DNA of 63,779 nt, counting the filler, from Vannella sp. (Eukaryota): the NCBI GenBank assembly GCA_023345925.1. It is 7 parts of 7 records of this genome, joined end to end, with 100 filler letters (N's around TTAATTAATTAA, not from the genome) between each part and the next. Parts side by side here need not be neighbours in the genome. Positions count along the whole stretch, not along the records: positions 54,018 to 63,779 come from JAJQQN010000730.1; 6 more parts are not named here. One strand, written 5' to 3'. Below are positions 60,310-63,779 of the stretch, piece after piece. A program made the position numbers and the translations under genes. How positions within the stretch are numbered: the first letter of the stretch is position 1; each line of letters starts with the position of its first letter. The notes beneath the pieces are model-generated. The model was not told the origin of the DNA and searched no databases. It saw only the letters and a program-made list of their open reading frames with translations.

Positions 60310-60495
60310 TTAACAAGGGAGTTCGCGTCGGCGGACCTTGTAGTCGCCGAAGGGGTTGGAACAGAGGAGGTGGGGAGGCACAAAGTCTTCAGGTGGTAGA
60401 ACATAGTTCACACGTCGCCTCGGGATGGGGATAGGGCTGCTTGGTGTCAAGCCCAGAGCTGTGTATGTCAGAGAACGGGAAGGAGACGTTTCCAT
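60310..60495 (-). CDS. Small 61-aa protein with SPIPIP and FVPPH motifs
   Basis: ATG ORF METSPSRSL...SSPIPIPRRR..EDFVPPHLL in an otherwise unexplained intergenic gap. Confidence 0.4.
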   Translation of the reverse strand: METSPSRSLTYTALGLTPSSPIPIPRRRVNYVLPPEDFVPPHLLCSNPFGDYKVRRRELPC

Positions 60496-60670
60496 GGCCA
60501 GGACAACAAACGATGAAATACTCCCATGCCTACATAGACCTAAATTAGGACTCGATTGCTTTCCTGATCTGGGTCTTACGCCAAAATAAGTCCCCACCAA
60601 CTACTTGATAATTACGCGATTGATCATTATTGCCATCATATGAAACGATTATGCCGTACAGCTCGTCGAT

Positions 60671-61554
60671 TCACGATGGTTCGCGCGAAGGGCGATGTCG
60701 AGCTGGTGTGGGGAAGGTGGATGAGGATGGTGCGAAGTTGTTGTTGAGGAAGGCGGTGACCCGTCCGATGAGTCCGTGTTCGATCTCAACGAGAACACCA
60801 AACTCTTCCCATCTGCTCGAGGAGAGGACATGAAGAAGTGTACCACGGGTGCGCTGCCTTGTGTCCTCCATTCCAAGGAGGGCTATCTCCACCTGTTCTC
60901 CAATTGTCATGTCCTGAACACAGCGGACGTCCTTGAGGTGGCCAAAGGAGGACTCATTTCGGTGTTCCTGCGAGTCTCCGCTCATACTTTGTTCAAGCAA
61001 GCTCAGAGCTAACGCATGACTGAGCTGCTCTTCGTAAGCCTCGTCTTCTTCAGAGCGCACGTCGTCCCACTCGTCCTCTTCGTCCTCTTCGTCCTCTTCT
61101 TCGAAGGACTCCCACTCCTGTGTTCTCTTCCTCCCACCTCCTCCGTATCCTGTTGGTTTCTTCTGCTTCCCTACCTATAAGGAGGATGAGACGAGAGCAT
61201 CAGTGGGTCGGAGTAGCTCACCAGGCGCCCTGTGCAGTCTCTTTGCCTCGGTTGAGAGGAGACCCTTGTTTTAGCCTCCACTTCTCGTTTACGATCAAGT
61301 AGAGTGGACTTCAGTGAGTCTTTGGCCTTCTTCTCGCGTTCCTTCCTCTGTTGGGAAGCAAGAGAAGCCAAATGGCGGTGATGCCTCAGCATCTCGCGGT
61401 CCTCCTCACTCACTAACCCCTTGCACGACTCGCTCAGCATCCCCAGCGAAGAAAGCACTTCATCCATCCTCTCCGGAGAGTCCTCTCCCTCCATCTCCCT
61501 CTCCTGCTCGTCCCCCCACAATGGCGCCCTCTCCAATGCCATTTCCCCATCCAT
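60671..61554 (-). CDS. Acidic/UIM-containing protein with a C-terminal YwbE (DUF2196)-like domain
   Basis: One intron joins the two ORFs in frame; EEQLSHALALSL (UIM); IGEQVEIAL....TRQRTRGTLLHVLSSSRWEEFGVLVEIEHGLIGRV (YwbE-like). Confidence 0.7.
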
Positions 61555-61684
61555 CCCTTCTCCTAAGAAGAGCCAATATGATGTACCTCACACCTCAAGA
61601 GAGGCACCCGCTCGAGGAGAACTGAGAAGGGTGACGTTTGGAGGAGAAAGGTCCATTCTGGTCGTGTGTTGGTCCCTTTTAGCC

Positions 61685-63779
61685 TTAGATACTGAAGTGG
61701 ATGAAGGCTACGGATTGCGGAAGCAAGTTGAGGCTGAAGGAGATCGCGTTATCGACCACTGTGAGTGCGATGGTCGAGGGATGAACTTCTGAAGCTCGAT
61801 TCAACCTGGATGGAACGGATGAGGACTCGAGGAGGAGGGTGCAGGGCTCTCACAAGGTTAACTGTTGCGGAGTTGGGTACATTGGACTACCCATTTGCTC
61901 CCAAGTGGCGGCAGGGGTGCAGTGTTCGGGGTCAATGAGAGCGATTGTGGCCCTACCAAAGTGTCAGAAAGGCAGCAGCAAGCCATTCCCGCTCACACAG
62001 AAGGGTAATTTCCTGGCGGGAGTCCTTCCACACGGATGCTGAGAGGCTTTGGAGTTACTGTGGACTCTGTAGGAATGTTGATGTTGTACGCAACGATATC
62101 CACACGCGTCTGCGAACCAACTGTCTGCGTTGTTGCGTACGCTATTCCAATGAGCCAAAGTGATAGAACCGTCTTTCTTACCATCCACAACGCTGGGAGA
62201 GCTCGAAGGGGCACTGGAGTTGAAAACAGAATGAACCAATTGGTTCCCAATTCCGTGCAAGAGCTGGAATGCACGATAACTAGGCTTTGGGATCTAATGA
62301 TTCGTCACCATATGAATGACTTGTTGCAGACTTTTCATCCATTCTTACCCCGTACCGGTTTAGCAGTCCCCAACCGTTCGGGTCATTGAAAGGAATGGAA
62401 GAGAATCCCTCCGCAAAGCATCAGAATCAGTGAGATATGCTTGTGGAGTGAACCAACCTGCTCCTCAAAGATGTCCGAGAAAGTCCACCAAGACCAAAGA
62501 TCCACAAACCCCTTCCATTCCCCATTTCCTTTCAGACACTTCAGATGGCTGCTTGAAAGAACCTACGTTGACGTCATGAACGTTCTTCGCAATGAAGGCA
62601 GCTGCGTAGGAGCTGTCGTGATATGGCGGGGAGCCATACAAGCCGTCATTGTACTCTGTATAGTACAAAGGCAGCTTTCCCACTTGACTTTTTGCGCGTG
62701 CCACGACTAGGGATAGCTCGTTAGTCCAGATAGATCATTTTCTCGTGCATGTACCCGAAGTGAGACTCAACAGAGGAGGATTCGTATCAGTTGGATACTC
62801 GTGAGTGGATACAAAGTCGACAGGAACATTGTTTGCGGTAGTGAATTGGAGGAAATCAGTGAGCCTAAGATGCTCTGTTAGTCGTTAAGACGAAATCAAT
62901 GCTCAGAGTCTCACCAAGCACTTTGACAAGTGGCTGGACCTCCCACTTGGAGCCGGGAATCGACATTCTTGATCGTTTGCGCCGTATTGGCATACAATTC
63001 GAAGTAATCTTGTTGAGTTCCAGTCCAGAATCCACAATTGGGTTCATTCCAAACCTTCCCAAGGGCGGGGAGAAGTGAAGTTAGGGAATCCTTGATTGAG
63101 CTCGGCAAATAGTTACCTCTAGTGGCCATTGGCTCACTTCCTCGATTCCATATCGATCAACTAAGTGCCTCATTACCTCAGCAATGACCTGGACTGCAAT
63201 TAGGAGCCGCTTCACCTTGGAACGAGAAGAGCCAACCGTGTTCCACTCGCCGTAGGAGGTTGGGGGCGTTGTGTTACCCTCATAGTGGAAGACAGTAGTG
63301 TTTTCGCTGGCCAGCAGCTCAGGCATGAAGCTAAACAGGGACAGTTCAGTCTAACGGTGTAGAAATCCTCGTAATGTCAGGTCGAACCTTATCTCCACCA
63401 CAGGCTTCATCCCAATCGTCAAAAGGAAGTCAAAGATAGAGTCCATGTTGAAGAAGGAGTAGCCTGGCTCACCATTAATCGTAGTGAAGGTACTGGAAGA
63501 GAGTTAGGGTCGAGAATGTCGCCACCCTTCTCACCTCATGTCGTCATCCAATAGCCCATGAAAGCGAACGTGAGTAAACCCAAGCTCCTTGCGACAGCGA
63601 GTCAAGTAAGCACGATAATCAGCGCGCAAAGCCTATCCACCAGTTAAGAGGAATCTCGAACAAAGAAGGGCAAACCCACCAACAACGCGTGTCCGCTTCC
63701 CACACAACGTTCCCACACATGAGGGAAAGGTTCCATTCGCTGAGACAAGTCGAACACCTTGGTGGCCTCACTACCTTTG
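61685..63779 (-). CDS. Glycoside hydrolase family 39 (beta-xylosidase-like), 5'-partial
   Basis: WERCVGSGHA, LGFTHVRFHGLLDDDM, FMPELLAS, E|VWNEPN (acid/base), VGGPAT, DFVSTHEYPTD and YYTEYN (nucleophile); many short introns. Confidence 0.92.

Noticed and set aside
1..63779. Alternative genetic code or non-canonical introns as the cause of fragmented ORFs
   Set aside because: Every break I traced in recognisable genes is explained by a short GT-AG intron; an apparent GC donor near 54597 resolves to GT-AG.

Overview
Eukaryotic, gene-dense protist DNA. Amoebozoan-like affinity is an inference from gene content only. The window joins seven contigs with artificial 100-nt N...TTAATTAATTAA...N spacers, so synteny across spacers is meaningless. 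It uses the standard genetic code with short (about 44-55 nt) GT-AG introns. Recognisable genes: tRNA-Ser(GCT), intron-containing tRNA-Tyr(GTA), UTP20, THOC1, CCDC115/Vma22, a PITH protein, an Air1-like zinc-knuckle protein, an NCKX exchanger, an aspartic protease, a beta-helix receptor kinase, an S41 peptidase, a peroxisomal thioesterase, a Cys/Met PLP lyase, GT47, TPR and PPR proteins, an MFS transporter and GH39. Three observations stand out. (1) An intronless 1533-aa protein joins TPR-like repeats to a C-terminal domain with the motif order of a bacterial HEPN-like family (candidate sensor-RNase immune effector), on a contig of intronless, largely bacterial-looking genes. (2) A shared C-terminal LP..R.K.KSA(R) tail occurs on unrelated RCC1 propellers and an ARF GTPase, and the RCC1 family shows expansion and decay. 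(3) A spliced WH2-C-A (Arp2/3 activator-type) protein has no recognisable WASP/SCAR N-terminus. All family assignments come from motif recognition by eye; no searches were run.
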